Positions 9,338 through 12,311 of a stretch of DNA of 12,311 nt are shown piece by piece. The position numbers and the translations under genes are program-made. The stretch spans positions 1-12,311 of the forward strand of contig JBJCIZ010000445.1 of assembly GCA_051294375.1 (NCBI GenBank), read 5' to 3'. The notes below the pieces were generated by a model, which worked only from the letters and a program-made list of their open reading frames with translations, searched no databases and was not told the origin of the DNA. How positions within the stretch are numbered: position 1 is the stretch's first letter; every line of letters starts with the position of its first letter. Origin of the DNA: Paraspadella gotoi (taxonomy: Eukaryota > Animalia > Chaetognatha).

Positions 9338-10309
9338 ATGCAATCAAGCACAATCAACAACCATCAGACACAACATTGACATTTTGTCAAGTCCTGGGCT
9401 TCGTAGTTCGTTGTCCTTCGGCCTTAGCCGACGTCATCCTACTGAGACTTTGTCGTCATCATCTCCAGGGCGTTATGACCGGCGCCATCGTCTCTTTTGC
9501 GCCATTTATACCCGATTCCATCTGGTCTTGAATGCGCAGAATTAGCCTAGTCAGTTAGAAATCAAAGACGCCACTTCTCCGAACTTAGTTCAATACATTA
9601 GAAGTCTTTGTTTGCGGAACACCCTGCTCAAGTGCTTCGTCAAAGACTCTCTACACCTCGGCGGAGTTTGCAGATTACACCGGGAAGAAGATCCACCTGC
9701 GTCGGTCTCTAGGTGCCAAACGAGTCGACGATTCCATTACGACGGAAGATTTGATCAATCAGCTGCTTTCATTGCAATTAGGAATCCTCGGACTCGCGAC
9801 GACGCCATCGAATGTATTTTGGGGACATTTACGGGTTGTGCATCGACGCTCTGTCCTGAATACTGGCAGTGAGATTGATGTCCGGTTTTGACTTGTTTTA
9901 CTTCTTCGTCTTTGCGTTTTTTGGCTGCCACCGAACATCGTAAAGCCTTACTTTGATTTCAATGCCATCTTTTTGTGCCATCCGCGGCGACGAATAGGAA
10001 TGGGAAGAAATAAGCGCGCCAGTAATCAATTGCGTCAAGAGGCTCGAGTGCCGAAAGCCTTCCAGGTAACTCCCCTTTTGGCGTCTTTTGTGGACCTCGC
10101 CGTTCGTTTGAGCTCGCGCTAGTGCAGCGAACGAGAAGGATATCGACAGCTTCAAGACGACCGGCAGAAACCCTCTCCCAAATTAGCCATCCGAGATATT
10201 GACAACCTTCTTCACGGCGGACATGGCTCAATTCCCACTAAGCCAGACCCTTCAGGAATGCAACATCTTTCTACGTAACCTCAACATCGACACGGTGGTC
10301 GAGGCTTAA
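9338..10309 (+). pseudogene. Frameshifted orphan coding sequence (~320 codons) in a GC-rich island; product unknown
   Basis: ATG at 9338 and TAA at 10307-10309. Successive protein-like open segments in changing frames include LEIKDATSPNLVQYIRSLCLRNTLLKCFVKD, TLYTSAEFADYTGKKIHLRRSLGAKRVDDSITTEDLINQLL, EWEEISAPVINCVKRLE and TFFTADMAQFPLSQTLQECNIFLRNLNIDTVVEA*. Many codons end in C. No recognised motif. Confidence 0.5.
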
Positions 10310-10550
10310 GGCCTGGGATCACTGGCCAAAAGTTATAATTAGGATTAAATAAAGCTTGTATTCGAAAAGTAGAGGTCCAGTTGATTCTGAAAATGTATTC
10401 ACTTTATCTTCTCTTCGAATCCATTGCTGTTTTTTCGAATTTTATAATACTATATAAAATAAAAGAAACCTTTTGGAAAAGTTGCGGCCCAAATGGCTAA
10501 AGGGATTTTCATGAAATTTTACATAAATTTACTTGAGGACAAGGGTCCAT

Positions 10551-10684
10551 ATTCTATGAGAGGGATTTTTCAAATTCACTTATCTTCATAAGAAAACAAA
10601 AAACGAATAAGAAAATCCTCTTCGCATTAAATTCTAAATATTTTGAAAAACTAGTAACTTTTCCAAAAATCCCTCTCATAGAAT
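10551..10684. repeat. Perfect 20-bp inverted repeat with a 94-bp spacer
   Basis: ATTCTATGAGAGGGATTTTT (10551-10570) and AAAAATCCCTCTCATAGAAT (10665-10684). Confidence 0.85.
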
Positions 10685-10949
10685 TCTCCATTTTCCATAC
10701 TTATAACAAACAATAAATTTAGCGTTTATTTCAATGTTGTGCCTCCCGCGATTTACTAGCTCATAACCGCTTTTGCTTATGTTTAATTTCTTCTGATTTT
10801 TTATTTTTATTCTGCTCCATCTTGATAAAAACTGAAAGATTCGAGCCAAACATCTTTCTAAACAATCCGAATATACGCTGTTTCCCAACATTTCCTATCT
10901 TTCATTTTTAGTGTAAATGATAGCGCTGTGTGAGCCCGATCTTTAAGGT

Positions 10950-11300
10950 TTTACCCAAATTTCTGTACTTTAAACGAGTGAGACAACAGTGGTCGTCGTA
11001 GATGGTCAACCGTCGTTCCCTAGAAATCTTCGAGGAAGCTATCTGATATGGAGTTTTCATTAAAATTTCTGATACATATTAATGTCATCACACTCCTGAG
11101 AGCGAGAGATAATAATTCAGGTAGTAAATCAATAGATGTAAAACACCTGCGGTCCCGTTTGCATCTGGAAGGGCTTGCATTTTTTTTTTCTCTTGACCAA
11201 ATAACCTATCATTTTGACACAAACCCATCAAGATTCAAATGGACTTGTCACGCGTCGGGAATAATATATTTCCGCCGCAATCTCTATATATTCAACAATA
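10950..11300 (-). pseudogene. Degenerate IS630-Tc1-mariner transposase fragment (catalytic domain, possibly DD37D/maT-like)
   Basis: On the minus strand, across frameshifts: NILF (11270-11259), NLDGF (11235-11221), QNDR (11216-11205) and IWSREK (from 11202). This matches the 'ILFxDEKxFxLDG..QNDRIW' signature. Weaker AGV, IN..Y..IL, GNDG(W) and HSFKVQ-like remnants follow in the expected order. Confidence 0.55.
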
Positions 11301-12084
11301 AAGGAAGTTTCTCAACTCTAACTACTCAATGTTCTATCAGCATTTACAATATGTTTGTTGATTTCACTAAAACTTCAAATTCCAGGAGATTGCCATAGCC
11401 ATATGTTGCTGAAGGGCTCCCTCAAATTTTTCTTATTTACTTTCTTGACATGACTACCGATCCATAAGGTAAGTGAATTGTTTCCGGTGTGTTGATAATT
11501 TTTGAAAAGGATAAACAGAAGGAGCTGAACGATCGGAATGCTTAAGAGTTTACTAGCTGAGATTCGGGGAAAATCTTCTATGGCAAAAAATCTTCCAAAG
11601 AAGGGGTCAATTTTCCAAAGATTTTGGTTAATATTTTTTATATTTATGGTAGGATTTTTTTGAAACTTAATATTAACAATATTGCCATCATTCTACCTAG
11701 GCCGGTATAAGAATATATTAAAAAAACCTCTGGCTTTGTTTGTCAGAGCTTAGTCCTAGGCTGTGGCTGCGGAAAGCAGTCAGTAAACAAGGAGGAATGC
11801 TGCAAAGTGTTTAATATTTTTTTCTCAGTCGTGTTTTGAACCAGTTTTGAACCTGGGGAACAGAAACTAAATGTCAAAAGCAGAGCATGAGGCTGGTCCG
11901 TCTGTGGAATCTGTGGCAGTCTATGGCACCATTGAGAGTTGTTATCTCAGTAGACCCAACTTCAGTTGCCAGTGGATGAATGTCTTTGAATTTTACAATT
12001 TTATATTTTTAATCATTCTTTTTTGTAATAAAATGGTAATAGACATCTTTATATAGGCGTTCTGCTCTCTCTCTACATAAACAT

Positions 12085-12168
12085 TTATGTATAATAACAT
12101 AATAATATAATTATTATTATATATTATTATATATAATAATATATAATAATTGATTCTATATAATAATT
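12085..12168. repeat. AT-rich low-complexity tract, (TAT/TA)n-like
   Basis: Almost entirely A/T, with TAT, TAA and TA repeats. Confidence 0.8.
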
Positions 12169-12239
12169 GGAATGACTTGGTTTTAGTTGCTAGTATTACA
12201 CTGAGGTAGGACAGGGAAATCACCGTGCGGCTGAGGTGA

Positions 12240-12282
12240 AATATAAGAATATAAGAATATAAGAATATAAGAATATAAGAAT
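12240..12282. repeat. (AATATAAG)5.4 perfect 8-bp tandem repeat
   Basis: Units start at 12240, 12248, 12256, 12264 and 12272, followed by a partial AAT. Confidence 0.95.
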
Positions 12283-12311
12283 TCGATGTAACACAAAACG
12301 AGAGTTTATTT

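Noticed and set aside
9898-10231. Minus-strand ORFs of 85 and 90 aa in the island
   Set aside because: Probably antisense shadows in GC-rich DNA. An ambisense arrangement cannot be fully excluded without homologs.
10215-10244. Minus-strand GLVGIEPCPP, resembling a 2A-like peptide
   Set aside because: It lacks the invariant NPGP and is followed by a stop. Codon pattern favours the + strand.
11048-11398. 116-aa + strand ORF as a real gene
   Set aside because: No motif, and it is antisense to the recognisable transposase relic.
12200-12242. CTGAGGT...GAAA as a hammerhead ribozyme
   Set aside because: The CUGANGA core is not matched and the three stems cannot be built.

Overview
Eukaryotic (probably invertebrate), AT-rich, repeat-dense window with no recognisable intact host gene. 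Bases 1-4760 are the 3' part of a BEL/Pao LTR retrotransposon on the + strand: end of protease, RT, RNase H and integrase, all heavily frameshifted, then a polypurine tract and a ~520 bp 3' LTR. Next come low-complexity DNA, a probable hAT-type transposon end (to 5738), a 309 bp MITE-like element with 17 bp TIRs, a 759-N assembly gap, AT-rich repeat-like DNA, a decayed Tc1/mariner-type transposase fragment on the - strand and an 8-bp microsatellite. The least explained segment is a ~1.03 kb GC-rich island (9302-10330). It has a frameshifted, intronless, orphan ~320-codon + strand reading frame, near-complementary ends and a flanking 6-bp direct repeat, so it may be an endogenous viral element or an unclassified mobile element. 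Many frameshifts look like long-read indel errors, so some elements may be more intact than they appear. All family assignments come from motif recognition by eye, not from searches.
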